DNA of 16,956 bases. Origin: Ginkgo biloba. Lineage: Eukaryota; Plantae; Ginkgophyta. The stretch covers positions 22,813,735-22,830,690 of the forward strand of contig JANKJI020000002.1 of assembly GCA_024626585.2 (NCBI GenBank), read 5' to 3'. Below, one piece after another: positions 1-10,583 of this stretch. The position numbers and the translations under genes were made by a program. How positions within the stretch are numbered: the first letter of the stretch is position 1; each line of letters opens with the position of its first letter. Below the pieces are notes generated by a model. That model was given only the letters and a program-made list of their open reading frames with translations. It was not told where the DNA came from and did no database searches.

Positions 1-825
1 CTACTTTGTTAACAGCACTATGAGTCATCATCCCAATTCATCTTGAGCCCATCAGTTGGAATGTTGTTGTATCTATAGGTTTCTTTCCCCCCACCCCCCT
101 TTCTTTGAAGCTCTTGAATATTGAAGATATAACTCAATTTTCTGCATTGTAGTAGACTTTATTTCTCCTACAATTATAAGATCCAACCACATTCAAACAC
201 TAAATTGTATGCCTACCAAGTAGACATTCTTTAAGGTAGACTCATTTTGTGCATGCTTCGATCATCCGGCACCCATGGGTGCTCACAACGAAAAATGATA
301 ATACATTTTTCACCTACACAGGCAACGGTCAAATGACAAGAGAATAAATACAAGATGTAACTACTATTTTATTTCGTAGAACGAAACAAAAATCCATTAA
401 TTACAGAGCTACATGAGATTGCAGTCATAAGAATAAAGCTTGGAGAAATTGCAAACAACGCTTGAAGGAATTGAAGGTGGTTGTCTGGATAACTTGCAGA
501 TTGTGATCGGTGGAATCACACACCACGTCTAGGAATTGAAGTCNNNNNNNNNNNNNNAATTGATCAACAACCTTTACTTGGGTGCTTTCTGCATCTCTCT
601 GCTTCTTTTTCTTCTTCTCTATCTCCTCTCTCTAAGAATGTTAAGAAGCCTTCTCCATTCTTCCTCTTTTGGCAAAATGCTAAGGTCACCCTCTTTTCCA
701 ATTCACTATCTGCAACCGTTATGCAAGGTTGGTTTTGGAAAATGGTTGTGCATTTCTTGGCTCGACCTCGCTAACATCATGTTTGTCAATGAATCGATTT
801 GCATGGCGCCATGTGTCATCTGACT

Positions 826-1092
826 TCACTTACAGTCGAGGTGTAGATGACTGACTAATCCCATCCCCTGCAAGTGAGTGCTTGAGACTTTTTGACTTCA
901 CCTACAGTCAGATTATAGGTAAGCAATGGTGGAGCTTCACCTACAATGAGGCTACAAGTGAGTGAATACCTAGCTTCGCCTAGAGTTAGGTTGCAAGTGA
1001 CCAAGGGAATAGTCAATTGCAAACCAACATGTAGGTGAGCGCTTTGATGCAGGTGGTTTTTTGAACTTCGCCTGTAGGGATTGTGTAAGTGA
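826..1092. repeat. Array of degenerate spaced inverted repeats, consensus approximately TCACCTRCA-N7-TGYARGTGA
   Basis: Units at 826-850, 898-922, 937-961, 976-1000, 1013-1038 and 1068-1092. Three successive units start exactly 39 bp apart. Half-sites occur at 869-877 and near 1049. The array runs into the N gap at 1094. Confidence 0.7.
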
Positions 1093-1847
1093 TNNNNNNN
1101 NNNNNNNNNNNNNNNNNNNNNNNNNNNNNNNNNNNNNNNNNNNNNNNNNNNNNNNNNNNNNNNNNNNNNNNNNNNNNNNNNNNNNNNNNNNNNTCAACTC
1201 CTAATAATTTATTTTGTTCATACACAGTTTTGTTATTTTTCAGTTTTCTTCATTAGTTTGTTAAGTCATTCATTAAGTCATTTTCTCCATAAACTGCCTA
1301 AAGAAACCATATGTACAACATTAAAAACACTTGTTAATAGGAGGGAAGGGGGGGATGGGGGAATTAAGAACGTGTGTCAATCATCACATTGAAAGAAATA
1401 ATATACTAGGAGAATCTATTAACATATCAATAGAAACAATGTGCCACCATTTTTCTAGTCCTAGAATGGAACATTTTTCACACTTAGAAGTCAACTAATT
1501 CAAGGAGCTAGAAATAAGATGGTAAATATTTCAAAGTGCTTCTAAGTTCATTTAGCCTCCTATTTTAATTTCATGTGAAACTGCAAAAACAAGATCAACC
1601 AACCTAGAAGATGCTTAGAAATTGACCTGGAGTATGCAAAGCACTCTAATTTTTCATTTAGGCTTATCCCCCTAATTTGATTCCAAATAACCCCAAGTCA
1701 AACACCTAAAGGCTCACCAAACACTTCCCAACGTTCGAAGCCTACACACAACATAGCACAGTACCATTTCTCCCATGTTTATTTTGTTTTGTTGAAAAAA
1801 AATGGTTATGAAACAACAAATATGGGTGACATGGTAGCTAACCCCAT

Positions 1848-2105
1848 GGCTTTGAAATGTTTATCTTTAACATGGAGATCATGGCACTATTTCCATTGTT
1901 GTTGCATCAGTTTAGTCTTGATACGTGCCTCCTCCTGAAATTCTTCTAATGCATGGAGTTGCATCAATCTTTATCACTTTACTTCCTCTAGATTCAATCC
2001 TAATTTGTTGCCAATTTCATGTGTCCTGACTTTAAATTTGATGGGGAGAATAACATGTTTACCATAGAGTAACTCAAAGGGAGTGAATCATGTTGTATTC
2101 TTCTA
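1848..2105 (-). mobile_element. Degenerate Ty3/gypsy (Athila/Tat-like, non-chromovirus) integrase C-terminal fragment
   Basis: One frame with stops gives *KNTT*FTPFELLYGKHVILPIKFKVRTHEIGNKLGLNLEEVK**RLMQLHALEEFQEEARIKTKLMQQQWK*CHDLHVKDKHFKA. This fits the gypsy integrase pattern 'WK.TTGFTPFELVYGK..vLPIEF...RL.QL..LdE...Q...K.WHD..IK.K.F'. Confidence 0.85.
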
Positions 2106-2657
2106 GAGGACCTAATCCTTCTTATGTAGTTAGATTATTGTAGTGATTATATTTTCTAATTACTTATGTTGGATTTTTTACATTGAATTGTATATTCTAC
2201 TATAAGGGCCTTTATCACCTTATTTACAAAGGACATCCCTCAGCCACTAACTATTTCCTAAGGTATGCAAAAATAAGTAAAAATTTATTATTCATATTAA
2301 AAGATATCTACATTCTTGGCACTATCTTCTTTCATCAACCTGACCTCACCCCACTTTGTCACATACTCAGTACACACCAAGATATGCATATGCCCTCTTC
2401 TAGAGGCTACATTAACATGGGCCATAAAATCTAATNNNNNNNNNNNNNNNNNNNNNNNNNNNNNNNNNNNNNNNNNNNNNNNNNNNNNNNNNNNNNNNNN
2501 NNNNNNNNNNNNNNNNNNNNNNNNNNNNNNNNNNNCAATTACCAGATATAATTTGTATGCAATGGAATGAAAAAAAAACTATTTCAGATGAAAAATACAT
2601 GTTTTGATTAGGAAGTATGAGAAGACACAAAAAATCAAGAACCAAAAATATTCTCAC

Positions 2658-2758
2658 CTTAACAATTGCACCAGTACGTGTTTTGATATAAAGTCCAGCT
2701 GTATTATCCGGGCAAGAAATTTCTGAGTCATCTTTCATATACATTGCACAAGTAAGAC
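2658..2758 (-). CDS. Downstream internal exon of the same 2OG-Fe(II) oxygenase gene
   Basis: The minus strand reads ttttgtAG|GT CTT ACT...GTT AAG|GTgaga, a 101-bp exon with strong splice sites. It translates to (G)LTCAMYMKDDSEISCPDNTAGLYIKTRTGAIVK. This matches the recalled segment 'GLTRAIF...VPCPDPASGLYIQTRSGQIVK', which follows the HxD motif. It is on the same strand and in the correct order relative to the 10584-10689 exon. Confidence 0.92.
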
Positions 2759-3268
2759 CTACAAAATGCAAAAACTAATGGTGGTTAAGCTAGATCAATG
2801 TAGAGATAAATAATTTAAAACATAAAGACAAATTCTTATTACTAAATAGACACATCTAGATCATGAAATAAAGAACTATTATAAAATTGAATTCAATTGC
2901 ATGTTATGGTCATCTACAGCTAGGTTGTCCTATGGAATGCAAAATCATGGTTATTGGAGAATTTCATGCTGCCACTAGGGAAAAGAAATAAATGAGGAAA
3001 GTTTTGGTATGCATGCAGAGTGAAACTACATGTGTTATAGACCAAGTCAAAGTTGCTTGCATGACTAATAGAAAGCTAGAGAGACCAAATTAGAAAGAGA
3101 GAATGTACTAAACCTGCAATACAAAGCACTTTTGAGCTGCAGACAAGATGTTATAGCAGAGATACAAACAAGGCAACTTGAATAAAGTAAACAAAATTCA
3201 AATTCAACCATAAAAATGCAATACGGTCATTTTGCATGCATTGTTGATATTTATTTATTTTAATTAAG

Positions 3269-3545
3269 ATGGTTAATAATCATTTTGTAGATGACTCACT
3301 TTTGTCAGTAAGTGCGGAGAGAGCTTCAGTTGAGGGAGCCATGACTTGTCTAGACACTTTCTATATGGCTTCTGGTTTTGTGGTCAGCACTAACAAAATT
3401 GAGTTTCGGTTGGTTGGTCTGGACTCCCCGCAGGATTGGATCCCAGGTGTATGGACGCATATTCTCCCTGGGGTGATTGTAAGATATTTGGGCATCCCCT
3501 TTGGAGTAGGGCTCTCTCCAACAGCGATGTGGGATTGGTGCCTCC
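3269..3545 (+). mobile_element. L1-clade LINE ORF2 reverse transcriptase fragment
   Basis: The translation contains HFVDDSLL (the FADD catalytic loop), F.MASG.VVS..K and RYLGIPFG. It is 5'-truncated and ends at a 100-N gap. Confidence 0.85.
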
Positions 3546-3645
3546 NNNNNNNNNNNNNNNNNNNNNNNNNNNNNNNNNNNNNNNNNNNNNNNNNNNNNNN
3601 NNNNNNNNNNNNNNNNNNNNNNNNNNNNNNNNNNNNNNNNNNNNN

Positions 3646-4167
3646 TGAAAGGAGGTGCCAATAAAGTTTTAAAGCTAGATCTTTATTTAATTGGACGAGG
3701 TTCCTGAGGCCAAGGCCCCCCTTCCGATTTGGGGAGCACAGAGCCTACCAACTCACCAAGTGAAATTTCTTTTTCTCCCCAGTTCCTCCCCAAAGAAAAT
3801 TTTGCATTATTTTTTTTAAATGGAAGAGAGTGGCCTTTGGAGCCATCAAGATCAAGCAAGTGAAGATAGGGATCGAGGAAAAGAGTATTTTTACCAATTG
3901 TAAATGGCCTCCCCAACCTTCCATCTTCAAAGATACTTTAAGGACCAAGTCCTTCCAGTCGCTTGATCTCAGTGCCTTGTAATAAATTAGGACACCTAAG
4001 TATCTAAGGGGGAGGGTACCTGGGTTGTAGTTCCAAATCTTATTGAGGGCTATTTGAGCCCTAGGCATTTCATTAATTATGAAAATTTAAGATTTTATCA
4101 TATTTAAGGAGCCTCTAGAGGCCCTACCAAATTTCTTCACAACCCAAACTATCATAGCAAAAAGTAG
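3646..4167 (-). mobile_element. L1-clade LINE ORF2 fragment (RT C-terminus and post-RT region)
   Basis: The minus strand gives FGRASRGSLNMIKS*...LPLRYLGV...W..LVLKVSLKMEGWGG..LQLVKILFSSIPIF...NFLWGGTGEKKKFHLVSW*ALCSPNRKGGLGLRNLVQLNKDLALKLYW. These are typical plant L1 motifs (YLG, FLW.G, W..lC.P...GGLG). Confidence 0.92.
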
Positions 4168-5553
4168 GAAAAACAATGTTTGAGATGTGGAAATTACATG
4201 TAGCTAAACTTAGAACAGTGATTAAGGGAGGGAATTGCCTTTAATGACCTCAAAACACTTAGTAAGACAATATGGCATTAGAAGATGCTCTAGAAGGCCC
4301 TAAAAACGTTTGTACGGGCCTCACAATATACTTAAGTCAACCAAAAGTCCAAAAATACATGAAAATTGGACTAGAGCCAAATTTGGGCCCACTACGACTT
4401 ATCTTACTTTAACATGAAGGTTGGGGCCTAAGTATACATAGATTGTACAAGCTTTATTAATGCATCAACCATNNNNNNNNNNNNNNNNNNNNNNNNNNNN
4501 NNNNNNCTTTGGGGAATTTGTCCTACTTCTACTAATATGTGTAAACTCAGCATTTATTATACTTCATCCTTATATGAAGCATTAGTGTAGATAAGTTGTA
4601 CATGCCACCAATGAAAACCTTAAGCAATCATATTTTTTTTGCTAGTGTAAAATTTTCACAAATATGTTTTATCCCCAAATTCTAAAATACACAAATTTGA
4701 CAAAATTATCTATAAAAANNNNNNNNNNNNNNNNNNNNNNNNNNNNNNNNNNNNNNNNNNNNNNATGTATTTTACACAAAAAATTGGTGCATGTTCTATG
4801 TAAAATTAATTTTTCATGTAGAAATTTTGGCACATATCCATTTTCAATTGGTGAATATCTTTAGAAAATTTTAGTAAACAATAGCTAAAATGACAAATAT
4901 TAGCCACTAAAATTATCTCTGCACTCCACACTAATGCATCATCCATTAGGTAAGCACTGTATACCATGCCTTTGAGGAATTTTCCATGCTTATTTCCCTA
5001 ATTTTTGTCTATCATAATCTATTTCACCATGTTGTATGTTCCTTGCCAATGGTCTTCTCTTCCATAATCAAACTTCCCTCTACTACTTGTTGCTCTACAA
5101 AATATTGCTAAACACTCATGCAACACAAGTTAAAAATATAGAAATAAATGTGCGCTATACCTAAAAGTATTAGATCTTCAATTGCAAATATGGTTTTTGT
5201 CCTCTCTTTTTTTATGGAAACAAAGCAACAATTTAAAATCAACATTGAAAATTGGCATATATCGAAAAAAGACAACAAGGAGAGGTATCTCTTCCCTCAA
5301 TCTATTAGTTACATTTTATATTCTTGCAATCGGTCACTTAGCCCATGCAGTACTAGATTATGTATTAGTATTTGTAATTAAACGAGGACATGGTCTTCAT
5401 AAGCCTATAGACTCATGTCTTCNNNNNNNNNNNNNNNNNNNNNNNNNNNNNNNNNNNNNNNNNNNNNNNNNNNNNNNNNNNNNNNNTTTACAACCTGTTA
5501 TTTTCCATATTTGTCCTATGCCATAGTGTATGATTTGGAATCCATTTGGACAC

Positions 5554-5830
5554 TGTGATGTGTTAGAATATTTAATGTTTATTTATTGAACCTTAGTATT
5601 TGATTTGTCCCAAAGAGTAAATGTAAATGTAATTAAAATTTGCATTAATTATGTAAATTAATCATAACTTCCTGAGGAAGTTATTCGTGGGGAAGCCTTT
5701 AAATAGACCCCCGTACCCATTGTTTATTCATTGAAGAAAATTCAAAATAATAAGAGTTGTAGATGATTCTACCTAAATTCTCTGGTGTTTGTGTTTTGTG
5801 TGTTCTTGAATCCTTGTTTCAATTTTCACA
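5554..5830 (+). mobile_element. 5' LTR (277 bp) of an LTR retrotransposon
   Basis: It starts TGTGA (5554) and ends TCACA (5830), giving perfect 5-bp terminal inverted repeats. Internally there is a TATA-like TTTAAATA at 5698-5705, AATAA near 5746 and a GT-rich U5-like stretch. A PBS follows directly. Confidence 0.8.
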
Positions 5831-5832
5831 TT

Positions 5833-5844
5833 TGGTATCAGAGC
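5833..5844 (+). promoter_or_regulatory. Primer-binding site complementary to the 3' end of initiator tRNA-Met
   Basis: TGGTATCAGAGC lies 2 nt after the LTR's terminal CA. This is the canonical plant tRNA-iMet PBS. Confidence 0.92.
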
Positions 5845-7477
5845 TGGAATCCCGTAGATGAGTCATCTAGATCTAAAAGGATTCGAAGAGAACAATGGTT
5901 GTATGCAATTTGGGATAAACCCTCGGGCAAGTGGAGGATGTGAGGAACAATGGACAAAACCCTAGTTCAATTTCGCTCTAGTGTTGTGCGCTAAGTGCGT
6001 GCATAAGGAAGAATGAAACACGTAGAGAAAAGAAATCCTAAACGAAAAAACCACCATTTGTTTTATACACCTGGGACTGAGAAAGTTCGGGTGAAAACAT
6101 GCAGTTGTGAAGGAGTCGCGAGAGGATCGAGGCTACACAATGAAAACGCGTGTAGAGGTAGAGGAGAAGATGTCTAGTTGTTTTCTTACAAACCCTCAAA
6201 GAAAATAAACGTTGTAAGTCTAGAGAGACACATGCAGGCAAAGACGAAGCTACTGTGGAGGGTAGCAAATTTGCGCACTAGTGAGAACAAAGAAAGATGC
6301 GTTGGAAAGAAAAGAAGTTGTCTAAAAGTCGTTCAAAGTCATATGTTGTAGGCATGCGAAGGAGAAAAGATGCCCACAACAGAAGACGAAGAACAACGGG
6401 CCGAAAAGAAGTCGTTATTGTAGAAACCATGCAAATCCCATCGGTTAGCAGGATGAGTTGCCAGGAGAATTTGCAGAAAGTTGCACTGGTGCGAGAAGGA
6501 GAATCGAATCCCAAGGCCGTTCGATCAAAATAGAAAAAATCAAGCACAAAGTAACTATTAGAATATAATATCTATTTTGACATTTTGTATATAGTATTAA
6601 ATGTTAGGAGTCGTATTGAATGGTAAGTCATAGTATTAAATCATTAGAATTAAATTACAAAGGTAATTTAATTATTAGGTGTAATTAATAAGGAAGTTAT
6701 GTATTAATGTAAAACTTCTCTATGGGAATTACGAGAATGTGACCCGTATTTGAATATGCAATGAGAATTCAAAGTGTTCTCTCTTCAATGTTTTTTACTA
6801 ATAGTGGTATCAAAGCAAGACAAGGATTACCCAAAGAAGATTCGGATCCTATCTTGTACTGGTTCAAAGGAGATTGGGGACTTGTGTTCGGAAGACGTGA
6901 GTCACAGTGGAGGAAATAATGTTTGTCTGCCAGTCAATTTGAGAAGCACGAAGTAGTTGCACGTTGAACGTGAGGCAGCTGAGAGCAAATGCACTAAGTG
7001 TAAGACATGTTTGGAGGAAACAAACGAAGTTCAGTAGCCACAGGTGTACCAAAAGTTTAGCCATAGAACAATCACATGGAGTGCTGGAACGAAGTGTGGA
7101 GGAGAGAATGCAGAGCGGATCTCACCGTGGTGGAGAAGTGAATGGAGTCGTAGATCTAGAATGGGCAGAGCAATTGAGCAATAGCAGCCGCAGATCCATG
7201 TGTGTGGAGGAGAAATGTCGTCCTTTGAAGTATGCACCCTGGAGAAATTTGAGAAGCGGTCAAAGGCCCCACGGTTTTTAGGTACTGCACTCTAGTGAAA
7301 CAACGCAAAGGTGAAACTCAACCATTCAAGCGCTTGGTGGAGAAGATTCAGTGCACATTAAAGAACCAATTCACGGGAGTCGTTCAAGCACTCTAGTGGA
7401 GGAGATTCATAAGCTTGCATTCGAGCCACCTGTTGAAGAGTCGCATCATACGCCAAGGCACGAAGACGAGGTCGCAA
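5845..7477 (+). mobile_element. Internal leader region of the LTR element; no recognisable gag or pol
   Basis: Purine-rich and comparatively CpG-rich sequence contiguous with the PBS. It has only short unassignable ORFs and degenerate short repeats (GTGTGGAGGAGA near 7094 and 7202; TTCAAGC...GTGGAG.AGATTCA near 7325 and 7383). It ends at the 100-N gap at 7478-7577. Confidence 0.6.
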
Positions 7478-9734
7478 NNNNNNNNNNNNNNNNNNNNNNN
7501 NNNNNNNNNNNNNNNNNNNNNNNNNNNNNNNNNNNNNNNNNNNNNNNNNNNNNNNNNNNNNNNNNNNNNNNNNNNNNTCATCCTCCTATATTTTAGAAGC
7601 CATCACTAGCCTCTTTCCCTTCTCATCTTCCCCAACTGTCAAAGCTCCTAAATAATGACCTTGTTGCTTCCCTTTCTACTTCTGCAGCTACGGTTCCTTC
7701 TGTGGATGTTGCTTCTGCTGCTTCTGCAGTAACCAATAGTCCTTCCTCAGATGCCCCATCTTTCCACAGTGCCAACACTTAGGTTTGTACTGTCCCTTCG
7801 AGCTCTCTTGCTAAACATTGCGTTCAGGTGAGCTATTTCTCTTCCTCTTCTTAAGATCAATGTGCACGCACAATGTTTATGTTGGGTACCTAGGTCACTG
7901 GCCGAAAGAATGAGGTGATTGTCCAAACTCTACCAATCCACTATGTAGTTCTCTCTAGAAGGTGACATTGCTAGTATTTGTAGGAGATGAACCAAGAGAT
8001 GCATCCTCTTGTGTCCCTGAAAAGGCAATAGTACTTCCCCCTAATCTTAAAAAAAAAAGTGAAACAGTGAAAGATAAATTCTTTGTCTCCAATTCTAATA
8101 AACATAACCTAAAGATGCATTGATAAGTGGGCACATGTTGTTTGGCCTCTATTTGAGATTGATGGGAGCAAACTTTTAACTGTTCAATAGCAGGGAACCT
8201 CATGCCATGTGACATGTGTTGGCGCAAATAGCCAAAAGGGTCAATGGTACCCATAGATAAGTAGAGAAAGAGCTCAAGGTAAAAGGCCATCTTGAGGTTG
8301 AGATCCCTAAGTGGAGATATTCATTTGGTTTGAAGATAGGCCCTATAAATGTCTTCTCGAATAGGCTCATTAATCTTCTTCTTGTTAAGTTAGAGATTAG
8401 AAGCATTCAAAGAAAGTTTAAGGGTGGTAGTTTGTTAATAGAGATCCCAATTAAGTAGCCTTCTACTCCATTACAATTTGTAAAAAGCATATTTCCAAGT
8501 AAAAATATATGCCCCTACCTACATGGTTGGCTACCATGGCTCGATCTTTGTGCAAATATGAGCCAAGTAAAGTGATTGNNNNNNNNNNNNNNNNNNNNNN
8601 NNNNNNNNNNNNNNNNNNNNNNNNNNNNNNNNNNNNNNNNNNNNNNNNNNNNNNNNNNNNNNNNNNNNNNNNNNNNNNNNNNNNNNNNNNNNNNNNNNNN
8701 NNNNNNNNNNNNNNNNNNNNNNNNNNNNNNNNNNNNNNNNNNNNNNNNNNNNNNNNNNNNNNNNNNNNNNNNNNNNNNNNNNNNNNNNNNNNNNNNNNNN
8801 NNNNNNNNNNNNNNNNNNNNNNNNNNNNNNNNNNNNNNNNNNNNNNNNNNNNNNNNNNNNNNNNNNNNNNNNNNNNNNNNNNNNNNNNNNNNNNNNNNNN
8901 NNNNNNNNNNNNNNNNNNNNNNNNNNNNNNNNNNNNNNNNNNNNNNNNNNNNNNNNNNNNNNNNNNNNNNNNNNNNNNNNNNATTGCAGGCAATGACTTC
9001 TTCAAGAAGAAAGCAAAGTTACAAGCATGAATTCTCATTCCTTCAAATCTATAGGGGCTTATTCTCTAGCTATTAGTTTACAAGGCTGGGTGGATGTATC
9101 CAATTTCCACAATACCATTATTGGGAACCTTGAATCATAATGATTGTCAACAGAGGTCTAGCATTAATAGTACAAAGCTAGGGATCGGCAAAAGTTGAAA
9201 TGTCATAGAAGGTGGAGGTTCATTAAAAATTGAAAGGTTATCAACACTTGAATTTCCACTAGATGGTGAAAGGTAACCATAAAGTTGGAGTTTTGACAGT
9301 GCAAAGTCATCGCATGTAAAGAGCCAAAGGTCAAACAGACTATGGGTCACTTCTCTATCTACAACAAATTGAAGGGGGCAAAGATGAGAAGAGCTCATGC
9401 AAGGTTCCTTAGTGCACCCTATTAGTAGATTGATCATATGTCATTAAGTCTATAATCTTGTAATTGATATATGCAAATAATAATAACTCAAAGGCAGTCC
9501 TAAGCTAGACAATTAGGCCTGAAGCTACTTTGTATTGTGGTTGGCTTTCATCCTTTGAGTTGAAAGGATGAATTGCATACATGGATTGGTTCTATATTAT
9601 ACCAATTCAATTGTCCTCTTCTTTTTATTGGTACATGGGGAATATGGGGTTGTTACATTAAAAAATCCAGAGATGATTCCTAGCAAACTAGTCAACCAAC
9701 TAGAGTTTTAAAAGATTACAAAGATGTGGATGTT

Positions 9735-9910
9735 TAGACACATTGAAATCAGATCCAATAACAATTGTTTCCTAGTGCACAGAGAGACTCTGCAGCATTA
9801 TTGGAAAACCAGAATTCGTAGACACATTGAAATCAGACCCAATAACAATTGTTTCCTAGTGAAAAGAGAGACTCTGAAGCATTATTGGAAAACCAGAATT
9901 CGTAGACACA
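9735..9910. repeat. 84-bp tandem repeat: two full copies plus the start of a third, cut by a gap
   Basis: Units begin TAGACACA at 9735, 9819 and 9903. The two full copies differ at 4 of 84 positions. Confidence 0.95.
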
Positions 9911-10583
9911 NNNNNNNNNNTGTAGCACATCAAATTAGAGGACATTAATATTTTTGTTAAAGACATGCTTGCCGCAAGGACAATTTCCAAACCTCGACAG
10001 GATCCCATGAAAGATCATTAGAAGAGAATGACTTTTATATTGAAGTATAAGCCCATAGCTACTTGAAGGGAGACCAAACAACAACTCATTTCTGAAGGGA
10101 TGGTCATCCCATTTGGTATTGGAAAGCCATCATTGTCAAATTTCCTACTCAAAAGACCTCCTTTCATATTGCATCATGGTTATTTAAAACAAGGTTTGTC
10201 CCTTTATTCTGACCTCAATTGTTCATGACTACTAATATCTCCATAGAACACAAGGTAAAGTGATTATAATCCACTGTATTTTCATATTCTGAGTGTCTTT
10301 GTCCAAAAATGTCTCATTGAAATTGAATTCAGAAATTAATATTACCATTGTGTTTAAGCTTAGAAAAAAAATGAAAAAATGCCTTGTTTTATTTTCTTTT
10401 ACAATTTTGCAAGTTCGACACCCTAAAAGAAAATTGAGGGAAAAAGAAGACTTGTAAGCAGCTTAAGCCACATAGCACTCAAAGATCATTAACAAAGAAA
10501 AAAGTTTCAGTTTCTTTGATAAATGTTTATCCAAAATCACATTATATGTTTAAAAACATCCTAATTGAATGATGTTTTGCAAC

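Noticed and set aside
826-1092. CRISPR-like repeat-spacer interpretation of the palindrome array
   Set aside because: The repeats are degenerate, the linkers are only about 12-14 bp in the regular part, there are no cas genes, and the context is eukaryotic intron.
3114-3136. Possible 23-bp micro-exon on the minus strand (ctgcAG|ctcaaaagtgctttgtattgcag|GTttag)
   Set aside because: The length is phase-compatible (3n+2), but it does not encode the expected HxD peptide, and such AG/GT pairs occur often by chance.
5148-5422. Possible very old LINE RT fragment (KYGFCP..., ...YILAIGHLAH...IKRG)
   Set aside because: It needs several frameshifts and lacks a recognisable QGxPLSP motif, so it is too weak to call.
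6297-6533. Arg/Lys-rich 78-aa ORF
   Set aside because: It is the expected by-product of a purine-rich retroelement leader and has no domain.
9600-9660. Minus-strand TTPYSP resembling the copia integrase TPYTPQQNG motif
   Set aside because: The flanking QNG.AER and other core motifs are absent.
9735-9910. 84-bp repeat as a C2H2 zinc-finger array (28-aa period) or as a LINE endonuclease GDFN motif (IVIGSDFN on the minus strand)
   Set aside because: There is no CX2C...HX3H pattern or TGEKP linker in any frame examined. The SDFN frame has a stop in every unit and no other endonuclease motifs.
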